Below, in pieces: positions 21,657-32,403 of a stretch of 64,000 bases of DNA (position 1 is the first letter of the stretch; every line of letters starts with the position of its first letter). The stretch is from a virus (Duplodnaviria > Caudoviricetes), in IMG/VR virus record IMGVR_UViG_3300017963_000032, positions 1 through 64,000 of that record; one strand, given 5' to 3'. The position numbers and the translations under genes are program-made. The notes beneath the pieces were generated by a model. It was given only the letters and a program-made list of their open reading frames with translations. It was not told the DNA's origin and ran no database searches.

Positions 21657-21987
21657 AGTTATCTGCAAGGCATGTGGTCATGTAGAAAAGGAAGTTGACA
21701 AACCGGGACAACCTATAGACCCTCGATGCACTAAGTGCGGTGCTGAAAAGATGGCTGTAGAGCCTGTGATGAAAGAAGAGATTGACAAAGGCGCAACATT
21801 TGATATTGTCATATTCAATAAAGAGACTAACAGAAGCATAAAGGATGGCTTTGCTATGAGTATAGATGAGCTGAACCTTACAGAGACAAAGAAGAAAAAG
21901 CTACTGGTGAAAAAAGTAGCTGATGTGATAGTTTCAATGATGAAGAAGGACCAGAATGTGGCAACCTTACTTCAGACACAAAACTAA
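21643..21987 (+). CDS. Zn-ribbon protein
   Basis: CKAC...CTKC. Confidence 0.6.
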   Translation: MERYRVICKACGHVEKEVDKPGQPIDPRCTKCGAEKMAVEPVMKEEIDKGATFDIVIFNKETNRSIKDGFAMSIDELNLTETKKKKLLVKKVADVIVSMMKKDQNVATLLQTQN

Positions 21988-21998
21988 GGAGGAAGAAA

Positions 21999-22346
21999 AT
22001 GAAATTAGCAAAAATTATAGAAACAGACGTTAGGAGTAATTTCCAAGAAGCAGAGATGCAAGTCAACAAACACATGGTTGAACTGCAAAAGAATGGTTGT
22101 GAGATTCTAGAATCTCCAAGGATTATTGAGAAGAGTTCAGGATTCTTGATAGGAGTTATTTATTATGATGACCCTAAAATGGTTCCTGAAGAAGACAAAC
22201 CAGAAGAGACAGGCGGTGAAGAAGAGGCAGCTGAAGCTGAAACAGAAGATGATGCTCCAGCTGAAGAGGAAGAGGCTCCTGAAGAAGAAGCCGAAGAAGA
22301 AACAACAGAAGAAGAAAAGCCTGAAAAAGAAGAAAAGAAAAAATGA
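21999..22346 (+). CDS. Hypothetical protein with acidic tail
   Basis: GGAGG RBS; Glu-rich C-terminus. Confidence 0.6.
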   Translation: MKLAKIIETDVRSNFQEAEMQVNKHMVELQKNGCEILESPRIIEKSSGFLIGVIYYDDPKMVPEEDKPEETGGEEEAAEAETEDDAPAEEEEAPEEEAEEETTEEEKPEKEEKKK

Positions 22347-22741
22347 TGAGTGACGACGAGAAGAGAAAAGCTAAGCTGCAATTAAAAGCTTATGAAGATA
22401 AGCTTATGCAGATTGCAGAAGAGCACGGCCAGAAATGGGGAAGGGGAGTGATGGAAGCAACAGAAGAAAGATTCGCAGAGATTTACAATAAACTCATTGA
22501 CTTCTTCAACAAGGAGAATCTTCCCGTCACCATAAAAAGAAGGTTGGCTGCTGACTTAGAATATGTCGACGGCTATCCCGGACTGGTTCTAGGAGGACAG
22601 ATTGTAACCGCAGAGTTCAGACTGATGCCTCTTGACCAGACAGGCAAAGAAAAGATAGACGAGAAAGTTAACCAAGAGGTTAGCGAGATTCTCGCAAAAA
22701 AGAATGAATTACAACTGAAGTTGGAGGCAGATGCAAAATGA
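22343..22741 (+). CDS. Hypothetical protein
   Basis: Coupled ORF. Confidence 0.55.
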   Translation: MMSDDEKRKAKLQLKAYEDKLMQIAEEHGQKWGRGVMEATEERFAEIYNKLIDFFNKENLPVTIKRRLAADLEYVDGYPGLVLGGQIVTAEFRLMPLDQTGKEKIDEKVNQEVSEILAKKNELQLKLEADAK

Positions 22742-23022
22742 GACAAGGAGGATTTAAACCACCTGTTAATGAAGGTCAAGAAATAGAGCTCGAGATAATG
22801 AGCAAGGGAGCTAAAGGAGACCCTATTGGAAAAGTTGATGGTTATACAATTTTTGTTCAAGGAGACGTCAACATAGGAGAGAAGGTAAATGTCAGAATTA
22901 CAAAGACACTTGACAAGTTTGGTTTCGCAGAGATAATAGGAGATTCAGAAGAAGTTCCAGAAGAATCTGAACAAGAAAACACAGAAGATTTTGGAGAAGA
23001 TGAAAGCGGAACTGAAGATTAG
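22738..23022 (+). CDS. Single-domain TRAM RNA-binding protein (archaeal type)
   Basis: PPVNEG...GAKGDPIGKVDGYTIFV...GEKVNVRITKT...FGFAEI. Confidence 0.9.
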   Translation: MRQGGFKPPVNEGQEIELEIMSKGAKGDPIGKVDGYTIFVQGDVNIGEKVNVRITKTLDKFGFAEIIGDSEEVPEESEQENTEDFGEDESGTED

Positions 23023-23185
23023 GTGCTCTCATTGCGGTAGCACACTCATAGTTGAGAAGGGGGACGAAGTCCAGAAGAACGAGGCGGTCGTTGGGCTTCC
23101 CCCTAACTCACTATTCGTATCTTGCATAGTTTGCAAAGCGCCAGTGAGTCTCGGGGTTGAAGAATGGAAGAAGAAAAAACAGTAA
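22991..23185 (+). CDS. Small Zn-finger protein
   Basis: CSHC...CIVC. Confidence 0.55.
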   Translation: MEKMKAELKIRCSHCGSTLIVEKGDEVQKNEAVVGLPPNSLFVSCIVCKAPVSLGVEEWKKKKQ

Positions 23186-24417
23186 TGATTTTTGGAGATA
23201 GATGGGAAAGTACAACAGGCTATGCTAGAATGGGCAAGATGCTTGCAAGAGATTTATCTAAAGACCATAAGGTTATTTATGTTGGGGGCAATTATGGGTG
23301 TGACCCTACAGATATAGAAGTTGTAACAAAAGAAGGAGTCATTGTAGTTCCAATGTATCCTCCTGAAGGAAGCAACGAATACCTGATTCGATTAATGACT
23401 TATCTTAACAAGTACTCTCCAGATGTTTTGTTTGTCATAGGAGATGCAATAATAAGAGAATCATTACAACATCTTAATTTGATAAATTATAATGATAAAA
23501 TAAAAAAGATATTCTATTCTTTTGTTGATTCAGAGGGCCTTCCATCGGCAGGCATAGAATTCATGAATAAGATGGATATAATTATTCCTCCTTCAAAGTT
23601 TGGCGAAGACCAGATGAAAAGGGAAGGGTTCGAAGTAACAGAGCCAGTATTGTGCCCTGTTGACAAGACTGTCTTTAAGCCGATAAAGGATTTGGCGAAA
23701 AAGAATGTTAGGCGCAAGTATAACTTTGGCAAAGAGCACTTCATAGTGTTCAATTATATGAGGTTTCAAAGACGGAAGAACCCTTTCCACATTCTGGAAG
23801 CTGCAATAAAAGTAGGACTTGAACACAAACATGTGAAGTTCTTTTTCCACTGGGTTAAATACAATGATTATCCTCACATGAATGCTATTGATTATCTTGA
23901 TAGAGTAATTCCTAAAAGGATAGATTTACCTGAAGGATTCAAATGGCAGGATGTAATTTGCATCCATGATAAACCATTGGAGTACGAAGAAGTTGCAGAA
24001 TTAATTGCTGCGTCAGACCTTTGCTTGAGTGCAAGTAGTGGGGAAGGATTTAACTTGATGATTCCAGAGAGTTTGTATTCTCATGTACCAATTCTTGTAT
24101 CAGACAATAGCACAGCAGTTGAAATAACAAATGGGAGAGCGGGCTTGATTGAAGCACCACACCCTATTGATGCAGGTTATGGAACTTGGCATTACGCTTC
24201 TGATGCAGACAATATTTATTCAGAGCTGAATTTGGCAATAACTGATAAAGAACATTACAATTTAATGAAGGAAGATGCTATAAAATATAGGGAAGAGTTT
24301 GATTTAGACTCTGAGACTTGGATAAAAAAGATGAGAGGGATAATAGATGGGAGAACTGACACCGCAGATGGAAAAGATGCTGAAGGACCTGAAGCCAAAG
24401 AAGAAAAAGAAAGTTAA
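23164..24417 (+). CDS. GT-B (GT4-like) glycosyltransferase
   Basis: TGYARM, RKN, GEGFNL...E motifs. Confidence 0.85.
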   Translation: MEEEKTVMIFGDRWESTTGYARMGKMLARDLSKDHKVIYVGGNYGCDPTDIEVVTKEGVIVVPMYPPEGSNEYLIRLMTYLNKYSPDVLFVIGDAIIRESLQHLNLINYNDKIKKIFYSFVDSEGLPSAGIEFMNKMDIIIPPSKFGEDQMKREGFEVTEPVLCPVDKTVFKPIKDLAKKNVRRKYNFGKEHFIVFNYMRFQRRKNPFHILEAAIKVGLEHKHVKFFFHWVKYNDYPHMNAIDYLDRVIPKRIDLPEGFKWQDVICIHDKPLEYEEVAELIAASDLCLSASSGEGFNLMIPESLYSHVPILVSDNSTAVEITNGRAGLIEAPHPIDAGYGTWHYASDADNIYSELNLAITDKEHYNLMKEDAIKYREEFDLDSETWIKKMRGIIDGRTDTADGKDAEGPEAKEEKES

Positions 24418-24532
24418 GTACACTGCTTGGCAATATGTCTTATCACTGATTACTCTAGCTTTCGTGTTAGTTTGCTTATTTGCATTTTATGGTGCCCTGA
24501 TATTACTCGCTAAATGGTTGTGGTATTTATGA
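24347..24532 (+). CDS. Small membrane protein
   Basis: One long hydrophobic helix. Confidence 0.45.
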   Translation: MGELTPQMEKMLKDLKPKKKKKVKYTAWQYVLSLITLAFVLVCLFAFYGALILLAKWLWYL

Positions 24533-24942
24533 AGAAGAAAATAGTCGCAGTAAGCGGATACTTTACATGCCTTCATGAAGGACATGTTCGGCTCATGGAA
24601 GAAGCAAAGAAACTCGGAGATGAGCTTGTCGTAATTATAAACAATAATAGACAGCAGATTCTAAAGCATGGTCAAATAGTCCATGATGAGATGAGCATTA
24701 AACATACAATAAGACCTTACGAATTTGTTGATAGAGTTATGATTTCTATAGATAAAGATGGTTCTCAATGTGAGACTTTAAGAGAGCTCAAGCCAGATAT
24801 TTTTGCTAATGGTGGGGACAGAGACGAAAATAATATTCCAGAAGCAGAAGTTTGCAAAGAGCTAAAGATAAAAATGGTCTCTAATGTTGGTGGAGAAAAA
24901 GTCAACAGCAGCAGTGAGATAAGAAAGAGGATGGGAAAATGA
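24529..24942 (+). CDS. Cytidylyltransferase-like nucleotidyltransferase
   Basis: SGYFTCLHEGH (HxGH), FANGGDR, SSSEI motifs. Confidence 0.85.
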   Translation: MKKKIVAVSGYFTCLHEGHVRLMEEAKKLGDELVVIINNNRQQILKHGQIVHDEMSIKHTIRPYEFVDRVMISIDKDGSQCETLRELKPDIFANGGDRDENNIPEAEVCKELKIKMVSNVGGEKVNSSSEIRKRMGK

Positions 24943-26996
24943 AATGGTTTGCTTGTTATATAACCCTCAACGGGGGAGAATACATATGGTACAGTATAAA
25001 GTCAATATATGATTTCATAAAGGAATCAGGCGGTAAGATAATAATTATAGAAGGAAGCACTGATTATGCTAAAGCCGTTAATGAAGAAGGATTATCTCTT
25101 GATGACACCGAACACATAATAAATGATTTCATCAAGGACAGCCCTGAAGATTTCATAATCTATAAAAGACTAGGGAAAGTCAAGGACAAGACTGTTCTAA
25201 GACAGGCATACATTGACGCACTGGATAAACTTCCAGATGGCCAAAGACCTGACCACGAGAGAGATATGGTCTTGGTAGTTGATGATGACGAGCTGTACAA
25301 GAAAGATGATTTAGATAGACTCAATGAATATCTTGAAAGGCACCATCAAGTAATGCATGTGTTCAATCCTCAAAGATGGTTCTGGAAAGATTTTAACCAT
25401 GTTGCAGACTCTGACGAGTATGGTTGCATGGAACAAATTGCTAAGGGAAAAAGGGCTGATAGATTATTCTTTGATATGATTGGAACAAGAGTAAGGCAAG
25501 GGCAATATCATGAGAGAATCTTTAGATGGCAAGACGGAATGCATTACCCTAGTCACGCTACAATCAGTGATAAGGAAGGAAGACAAATCTATATTGATGA
25601 CGAGTACAGAAAAAGAAGGATTGTTTTTCCGGGATGCCCAAGGTACCATTATGGTTATCTCACAGAAACCAAAAGAATGTGGGAAAGATTCAGGTATTAT
25701 GAGCTCAGAGACAAAGCCAGAATATCAAGCAATCCTCTAAACGTATGGCTTGATAATTATGGGGGGTTCTTATTGAAAGGAGCTCCTTTGAATACTGTAA
25801 CAATGGTGAAGCCTTACTTCGGAGACCATCCAGAAATCATTAAGGAACATCCTTATTGGAAGTTAGGCAAGTGCCCCATGGCATTAGACGCTGAGAACTT
25901 GAAGAAAGAATATGGCGATGATGCATTTGAAAAAATACAACAGGAGGTTATAGGCGTGAAAGAACCAATAAACAAAGAGGTCAAACAACAAGAATGGTAT
26001 GATAAAAAGAAATGCTTAGAGCTTGTTGAAAAGGGCAAGAAACTTGCAGAAAGCGTTGAGGAACTTCCAAAGGTTGCTTACTGCTTTATGACACTGAACA
26101 GGTCTGACGAATTAAAGACTGCTGTTGGAAGAGTGAAAGATTACGTTGATAAGATTGTAGCTGTAGATGGAGGAAGTGTTGATGACTCAATCGAGTTCTT
26201 ACAAAACATCGAGAAATGCGACATCGTAAGAAGGACTTGGGATGATAAGTTTGATGTTCAAAGAAACCAATATCTTAATCACGTGTTGGAAAAATACCCA
26301 GACCATTGGGTTCTAGTATCCGACACTGACGAATGGTATTGCAAAGAATTTATGGAGAATCTCAAGTACATATTATTAGCTTGTGAAGAAGAAGGATATA
26401 ACAGGCTAGGAATTATGTGCTGGTTTAAGATGGTTGCAGGAGAGGACAGTCCTAAAGCTTTTGAGAAACCACCTGAATTCAAGAGTGAGGAACAAGGAGG
26501 AATCAAAAAGACATTCTTCAAGAAGTTAGCTTTCAAGGCACAGGACGGAATGAATTATGTTAAGAGCCCTCACGAAGGATTGTTCGGCACTTGGAATATT
26601 CTGAATCTTGGAAACAAGGACTGGTATTTTGAGCATGTCAAAACAAGAAAGGCAGAAGTCGAAAGAGGAGCAAGGAATTATTTTATTGCGGGTCCCGGAA
26701 TGAGAAAGCCTAAAGAGTGGGAGAAGTTCAGGAAACTAACAGAAAAGGTTGGCTGGAACATATGGGCTGATATGAACGCTGCAATGATTAAGGGTTCAAT
26801 GCCTGAGTTCATTTACGAATGGATTTGGTCTAGGAGAGATTGGGTTATTGATGAGGGACCTAGTTCAGAACAGAGAGAGTTCTGGATATACTTTTATGAA
26901 TTCCTACACCCTGAAATGCTCGAGGACCATAAGAAAATGTTTGAGAAATTTGTCTTGAATCACGAGCAACAAAGAAAGCTTATAGAGGAGGGATAA
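24939..26996 (+). CDS. Two-domain GT-A (GT2-like) glycosyltransferase
   Basis: Two GT-A modules: IEGS...VVDDDE and VDGGSVD...VSDTDE. Confidence 0.75.
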   Translation: MKWFACYITLNGGEYIWYSIKSIYDFIKESGGKIIIIEGSTDYAKAVNEEGLSLDDTEHIINDFIKDSPEDFIIYKRLGKVKDKTVLRQAYIDALDKLPDGQRPDHERDMVLVVDDDELYKKDDLDRLNEYLERHHQVMHVFNPQRWFWKDFNHVADSDEYGCMEQIAKGKRADRLFFDMIGTRVRQGQYHERIFRWQDGMHYPSHATISDKEGRQIYIDDEYRKRRIVFPGCPRYHYGYLTETKRMWERFRYYELRDKARISSNPLNVWLDNYGGFLLKGAPLNTVTMVKPYFGDHPEIIKEHPYWKLGKCPMALDAENLKKEYGDDAFEKIQQEVIGVKEPINKEVKQQEWYDKKKCLELVEKGKKLAESVEELPKVAYCFMTLNRSDELKTAVGRVKDYVDKIVAVDGGSVDDSIEFLQNIEKCDIVRRTWDDKFDVQRNQYLNHVLEKYPDHWVLVSDTDEWYCKEFMENLKYILLACEEEGYNRLGIMCWFKMVAGEDSPKAFEKPPEFKSEEQGGIKKTFFKKLAFKAQDGMNYVKSPHEGLFGTWNILNLGNKDWYFEHVKTRKAEVERGARNYFIAGPGMRKPKEWEKFRKLTEKVGWNIWADMNAAMIKGSMPEFIYEWIWSRRDWVIDEGPSSEQREFWIYFYEFLHPEMLEDHKKMFEKFVLNHEQQRKLIEEG

Positions 26997-26998
26997 AA

Positions 26999-27460
26999 AT
27001 GTTAACACAACTGCTTCAACAAAAAGAAGAATTGAGTGATTATTGTAAGGAACAAAAAATCCATGGTTTCGAAGAAAGATTAAGAAGCCACATAGATGGT
27101 TATTGCATAGCAAATGGGGCCACATATAAAGATGAACCCCAGCTTAAATTGCAAGTTGACGCCTTGAATTATGCGCTTAACGACCAAAGAGCAATACCTG
27201 CATTTTTAAGACAACAGTTAGCTTATAGAGAAGAAGCAGAACAAAATGATGGGTATCATTACGGGGAGATAGTAGAAGAGATAACAGTTCCAGCTCTAAG
27301 CAGAAGGATACCTATTCAGAATGTAAGCAATGGCCCTCAAGAAGTAAAGGTTAATTATAAAGAACCATTGGTTGTGATAGATGCAGGAGTTGGAGGGGAT
27401 GTACATTACAACTGGAAAAAGATGGCGGCTCACAGAAAAGAGGTTAAGGAAACAAAATGA
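26999..27460 (+). CDS. Hypothetical protein
   Basis: 153 aa ORF in operon. Confidence 0.55.
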   Translation: MLTQLLQQKEELSDYCKEQKIHGFEERLRSHIDGYCIANGATYKDEPQLKLQVDALNYALNDQRAIPAFLRQQLAYREEAEQNDGYHYGEIVEEITVPALSRRIPIQNVSNGPQEVKVNYKEPLVVIDAGVGGDVHYNWKKMAAHRKEVKETK

Positions 27461-28329
27461 GAATCGTAGCAGGAACACACGTACATAACGCAGAGAGATG
27501 GATTGGCTATGCAATAGCTTCAGTCCTTCCAGCAGTTGATGAAGTGCTTGTAGGAATCAGCAGGCAAACAACTGATAAGACAAGATTGATTGTTGAATCT
27601 ATGGCTTCAATGAATGGTAAGATTAAGATTTATGATAATGACAGATGCGACTTAGTTGAAGGCGGATTTGGAACTGTCAAGACAGATATGATTAAAAGGT
27701 GCGGAGAGATGGGAGCTGATTGGATTCTTAATTTCGACCATGACCATGTATATTATCCAATAGAACACGGGGTCTTGCACAAGCTCGCTGAAGAACAACA
27801 AAAGTTAGGCTTTAATGGGATAAAGTTCAGACAATACTTTGTTTATTCAGGTATCAGGACTCTTCCTTTAGACCCAGAAGTTAACAAGAAAGCAACCAAT
27901 GCTGGTTATTCTATGTTCGCTAGCTTCTTCAAGTTCGAACCAGACCTAAAAGTTACAGGAGAAGTTCATGAGACTGTAAAGATAAAAGGGGCTTGGACAT
28001 TTCATCCAGAATTTGACTTTGCTCATGTAGGTCCTCTAGGTCTTTCTGATTGGGAGACTGTTGAGAAAGAATTATTCTATGCAAAACTTAATCACAAGCT
28101 TGATAGTGAAGATGAAGAAATAGAATGGCTGAAGAAATGCCAAGAGATAAAATTCTTTCCAGAATGCATGATTGATTTCACTGCAAGGAGAAGATTAGAA
28201 TATCCTCTTGGTCTTCCATTATTGAGTGAAGTTAAAGAGGGAGGACTCCCACCAGTACTTGATAAGTACATCAATGGAAGTCACGCACTTGACATTGAAT
28301 ACTTAAAAGGGGTTGTAAACAATGAATGA
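27457..28329 (+). CDS. GT-A (GT2-like) glycosyltransferase
   Basis: HNAERWI...ADWILNFDHD...GEVHE. Confidence 0.75.
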   Translation: MRIVAGTHVHNAERWIGYAIASVLPAVDEVLVGISRQTTDKTRLIVESMASMNGKIKIYDNDRCDLVEGGFGTVKTDMIKRCGEMGADWILNFDHDHVYYPIEHGVLHKLAEEQQKLGFNGIKFRQYFVYSGIRTLPLDPEVNKKATNAGYSMFASFFKFEPDLKVTGEVHETVKIKGAWTFHPEFDFAHVGPLGLSDWETVEKELFYAKLNHKLDSEDEEIEWLKKCQEIKFFPECMIDFTARRRLEYPLGLPLLSEVKEGGLPPVLDKYINGSHALDIEYLKGVVNNE

Positions 28330-28840
28330 TTGGAAGAAAGAACACACGGAACTTCATTATAACACTCTAAGGTATTTATTTACCAGCATCAATAAGATTA
28401 GAGATGTTAAAGTGATGGTCGAGACAGGGATAGCGTCAGGACAATCTGGTAAAGTAATGCTTGAATCTTGTCCTAAAGCAACTTATTACGGATATGATTT
28501 GTGGCTTGGTTACGATGAAGTAAATGAGAAACCAGCAAGGGCTTTGCTGGAATCATTTGAGAGAGTAAATATTCAAAAAATAAATACTCAGACGCTTGAG
28601 AAGTTTCCTGATAATGTAGACTTAATTTATGTTGATGGGGACCATTCAACTTTGGGTTGCTTGCATGATTTGGAACTTGTTGAAAAACATTTAAGTCCAG
28701 AAGGAATCATAGTAGTTCATGATATGGACCATGTGCCCATACAAGAGGCTATTAAAATTTGGAACAAAGATGAAAGATTCGGAAGTTTTGAGATTAAATT
28801 TGGCAGAGGATACGGAGTATTCTGGAGGAAAGAAAAATGA
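28322..28840 (+). CDS. Class I SAM methyltransferase
   Basis: VETGIASGQS; DLIYVDGDH. Confidence 0.85.
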   Translation: MNDWKKEHTELHYNTLRYLFTSINKIRDVKVMVETGIASGQSGKVMLESCPKATYYGYDLWLGYDEVNEKPARALLESFERVNIQKINTQTLEKFPDNVDLIYVDGDHSTLGCLHDLELVEKHLSPEGIIVVHDMDHVPIQEAIKIWNKDERFGSFEIKFGRGYGVFWRKEK

Positions 28841-29640
28841 ACAAAGAAATTGATGGAGACAGCGGAACACCAGTTAAAGATTTACCACCACTTACAATCG
28901 GAGACCAAGATGATAGAGAGTATTGGAATCAGCCTAGAGTTCTAGCCAGCACAGGAAAGAACTGGAAGGTAGACAAAGGAGGAATCCTTGAATGGTTTCA
29001 GAAATCTTGTGAAAAGCATGGAGTCCCTAAAGATGCTAAAGTTCTAGTCATAGGTGGAGGCCCGGGAAGATTGGTCAAAGGAATGCAACAATTACTTCAG
29101 CCATTGACTAAAGATTGGCACATCACAGTTGCAGAAGGCAGCGCAGGAATGGTAGAGAATGCAAAGAAAAACCTTGCAGAAATTCACCCTGATTGCCCAG
29201 ATTCTAACAACCTTTGCAAAGTAGATTATTTACATAAGAATGCAATGGATTTAGAATATAAAGAACAGTTCGATGTTATATGGACTTGCACAGTGTTGCA
29301 GCATAACAGCACAAAGAACAAAGATATTTTCGTTCCTAAAATGTACAATGCATTAAAGCCTCAAGGACTTTATATCTGTCTTGAAGGTACAAAGACTGAA
29401 AGAATGTGGGTAGACCCTACGCCTGAATATCCAGAAGGCCAGTTCAAAAAATACAACGAGCGAGGAAGGTTCACATTTGATTGGAGTGATTCAAAAGGAG
29501 CAAAAGGAACTGCTGCTTGGTTCATTAATTACATAGGCAAGCATGGTTTTGAGATTCAAGAGTATGGCAGCCATCACATTGATTGGTTCGTGTTCAGAAA
29601 AATCAGAGAGGTTGGTGAGAATGGGGCAGAGGAATCCTAA
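28837..29640 (+). CDS. Class I SAM methyltransferase
   Basis: VLVIGGGPGR; FDVIWTCTVLQH; LKPQG. Confidence 0.85.
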   Translation: MNKEIDGDSGTPVKDLPPLTIGDQDDREYWNQPRVLASTGKNWKVDKGGILEWFQKSCEKHGVPKDAKVLVIGGGPGRLVKGMQQLLQPLTKDWHITVAEGSAGMVENAKKNLAEIHPDCPDSNNLCKVDYLHKNAMDLEYKEQFDVIWTCTVLQHNSTKNKDIFVPKMYNALKPQGLYICLEGTKTERMWVDPTPEYPEGQFKKYNERGRFTFDWSDSKGAKGTAAWFINYIGKHGFEIQEYGSHHIDWFVFRKIREVGENGAEES

Positions 29641-30139
29641 GTTTTTAGATGTTGGAAGTGGAAATCATCCACACCCCGAAGCTGGAGTTTTACTAGAGAA
29701 GTATAAAGATAACACTAGCCGGGGAGGAGACCTTGTAGTACCTGAAGGAGTAAAGTTTATAGAAGGTGACGTAGAGGATATGCCCTTCAAAGACAAAGAG
29801 TTTGACTTTGTGAATTGCAGCAATGTTCTTGAACACGTTGATGACCCTGAAAAAGCCTGCAAAGAATTAATGAGAGTTGCAAAAGCAGGGTACATCGAGT
29901 GCCCAAGATATTTCTGGGAAGTTCTTTTTGGAAGAAAATATCACAAATGGTTTGTTAACATAAAAGGTAACAAGATTATCTTTGTCAACAAGGCAGGAAA
30001 GATTCCTGAGAATACTTTTGACGGGGATAAGTTGTATTCTAATGTTCCTGAATTCAGGGAGATGTTTGTTAGTAACCATCACTTGTTCTATGCTAAGTTC
30101 CAATGGAAGGAATCATTCGAAGTGGAGGTGTCTAAGTGA
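29621..30139 (+). CDS. Class I SAM methyltransferase (type 11-like)
   Basis: LDVGSG; GDVEDMPF; FDFVNCSNVLEHV. Confidence 0.85.
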   Translation: MGQRNPKFLDVGSGNHPHPEAGVLLEKYKDNTSRGGDLVVPEGVKFIEGDVEDMPFKDKEFDFVNCSNVLEHVDDPEKACKELMRVAKAGYIECPRYFWEVLFGRKYHKWFVNIKGNKIIFVNKAGKIPENTFDGDKLYSNVPEFREMFVSNHHLFYAKFQWKESFEVEVSK

Positions 30140-30957
30140 AGGCATTAATAACTGGAGGTTCAGGATTTATTGGAAGCCATATTATGAATCTCTTTGATTA
30201 CGAATTTGAGAATATAGACATTCAAGTCGACAGGGATATTAGGAAAGCAAACATCAAAGGAAGTCCAAAAATATGTTTCCATCTGGCAAGCAAGTGTATA
30301 GTCAGGGATTGCATAACAACTCCTAACATAGCCTTCAGGAATAATGTTGAAGGAACATTCAATATAATGGAAGGGTTGAGAAGAAAGGATGTAAAAGAAT
30401 TAATATTGTTCAGTTCAAGCAGGGTTCTTTCTAAAGAGAAAAATACCTATACTGCATCTAAGACTTATGCTGAAGGATTGGCTGAAGCTTACTGGGAATG
30501 TTATGGAATCAAGTACAAGATTATCAGGCCAAGCACAGTTTACGGAGAGCTCGATAAGACAGATAGGATAATCCCTAGGTTCATTCGTGCTGCATTCAAC
30601 GGCAGGCCTTTAGTAATATATGGTGATGACAAAAAGACATTGGACTTGACTTACATTAGAGACTTCATGAATGCATTTAAATTAGTGATGGACAGCCCGG
30701 TGTGGAATACAGATTATAACATTGCTAATGGAAAAGAAGTAAATGTTTTTGAAATAGCAAAGTACGTGAAAGATATTACAGGGAGCAAATCAGAAATTGT
30801 ATTCAGAGATTCTGAAGTTGCACAACCTCAAAGAGTCAAAGTTGATATTAACAAGATAAGAATGCTTGGTTACAGGCCACAGATGGATTGGAAAAAGGGG
30901 GTAGCTAAAACAATAGCTTGGTTGAAAAATGATGAAGAGCTTACTGGAAGAAATTAA
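30136..30957 (+). CDS. NAD-dependent epimerase/dehydratase
   Basis: ITGGSGFIGS; YTASK (YxxxK); RPSTVYG. Confidence 0.9.
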   Translation: MKALITGGSGFIGSHIMNLFDYEFENIDIQVDRDIRKANIKGSPKICFHLASKCIVRDCITTPNIAFRNNVEGTFNIMEGLRRKDVKELILFSSSRVLSKEKNTYTASKTYAEGLAEAYWECYGIKYKIIRPSTVYGELDKTDRIIPRFIRAAFNGRPLVIYGDDKKTLDLTYIRDFMNAFKLVMDSPVWNTDYNIANGKEVNVFEIAKYVKDITGSKSEIVFRDSEVAQPQRVKVDINKIRMLGYRPQMDWKKGVAKTIAWLKNDEELTGRN

Positions 30958-31234
30958 AGCAATGCACAAGACTATTCGATTCTCAAATAAAGTCTTGATG
31001 ATGGTCAACATAGTTAACATACTTACAATAGCGGTCTTGATAATAGCCCTATTTACTATGAGTGGTTGCACAATGGAAGAACCTGAAGAGCTGTACACTC
31101 AAGATGAATGTATAAATAAAACTGTTCCTTTATGCCATAAGGTTTGTAAAGAGAAAGTTCTGGAAGTTTTGAATGACCAAGAATTTAGAGAAGAATATTG
31201 CGAAGGAATAGTTGAAGACGTGGTGGTAATATGA
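30929..31234 (+). CDS. Membrane/lipoprotein-like protein
   Basis: Hydrophobic helix ending in MSGC. Confidence 0.45.
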   Translation: MMKSLLEEIKAMHKTIRFSNKVLMMVNIVNILTIAVLIIALFTMSGCTMEEPEELYTQDECINKTVPLCHKVCKEKVLEVLNDQEFREEYCEGIVEDVVVI

Positions 31235-32394
31235 AAAGAAGAATAGTTTATAACAGTCCATTATGGAGTCATGAAGGAATAACAAAAAGCAGCAGAGAGT
31301 ATGTAAAGCAGATAGCAAAGTTCAATAAAGTTTGGTTAACTCAGTTCCCAACAAATTATTTCGGACCAGAGTTCACAAAGATGTACAACGCATTCTCAAT
31401 CAAATCGGACAATCACATTCTTTTCAATTACGGCTGGACAGACCACTGGCATAGATATTTGAAACACCACATAACAATAGGATATTCTGTTTATGAAGGA
31501 GACAATCCTCCGGGTTGTTGGATTAATAATATGAATCTTCCAACCATAAAAGAGGTTTGGGTTCCTAGTAATTATGTTAAAGATGTATACAAGAATGCAG
31601 GCGTGAAGAATAAACTTAGAGTTGTACCTCATGGTGTAGGTCCTCATGTTAAACCTATAAAAGTTGAGAGAAAGAAAACATTCAAATCAATCCATGGGGG
31701 AGACAAGTTGCTTGATAAATTTATCTTCTTCGGTATGGGTGCAGTGTGCGCTTTCGGAGAGAGAGACAGGAAAGGTGTTGATATTTTTCTTCAAGCATTC
31801 GAGCAAGAGTTCAAGAAAGAAACAGATGTCGCACTGATGCTGAAGCTTAATACAAATTATGCTACTTCTATTGCTTTAGACAAAGGAGAACCTTTTGATG
31901 TTAATCAATGGTTAGGCCAGTACTTGACTCCAAAATCTAAAAATGTGTTTGTTCTTATACAAGACCTGTCTGAAGAGCAATTAATTAGACTGTATAATTC
32001 CGTAGATGTTGGAGTATTTGCAAGCAGAGGAGAAGGTTTTGGTATGTGTGAGATGGAAATGATGGCATGCGACAAGCCAGTAATCACTACAGGATTTGGA
32101 GGGACTCTAGATTTTAGTCATCCAAGCTTGAGAATCAAAGTCAAAGAGATGTTAAATGCTGAGAGAGATAACGTTTCTGACCAGAGATACCCTTATGTTG
32201 GCAGCAAATGGGCAGAGCCCGATATAAAGGATTTGAGACGACTTATGAGAAAAGTTTACTCAAACTACAAAAGAGCAAAGAAAACGGCTCAGGCTCATGG
32301 TAAGCACATCAGAAAGGACTTCTCATGGGATGTTATAGGTAAAGATATAGAGAAGTATATCGAAGACATCTGGAAGAAAGAAAAGAATCTTTAA
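31231..32394 (+). CDS. GT-B (GT4-like) glycosyltransferase
   Basis: VWVPS, RKG, SRGEGFG..E motifs. Confidence 0.88.
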   Translation: MKRRIVYNSPLWSHEGITKSSREYVKQIAKFNKVWLTQFPTNYFGPEFTKMYNAFSIKSDNHILFNYGWTDHWHRYLKHHITIGYSVYEGDNPPGCWINNMNLPTIKEVWVPSNYVKDVYKNAGVKNKLRVVPHGVGPHVKPIKVERKKTFKSIHGGDKLLDKFIFFGMGAVCAFGERDRKGVDIFLQAFEQEFKKETDVALMLKLNTNYATSIALDKGEPFDVNQWLGQYLTPKSKNVFVLIQDLSEEQLIRLYNSVDVGVFASRGEGFGMCEMEMMACDKPVITTGFGGTLDFSHPSLRIKVKEMLNAERDNVSDQRYPYVGSKWAEPDIKDLRRLMRKVYSNYKRAKKTAQAHGKHIRKDFSWDVIGKDIEKYIEDIWKKEKNL

Positions 32395-32403
32395 ATACTA
32401 ATA

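Noticed and set aside
21999-22346. GAA-rich low-complexity repeat
   Set aside because: Simply encodes a Glu-rich disordered tail
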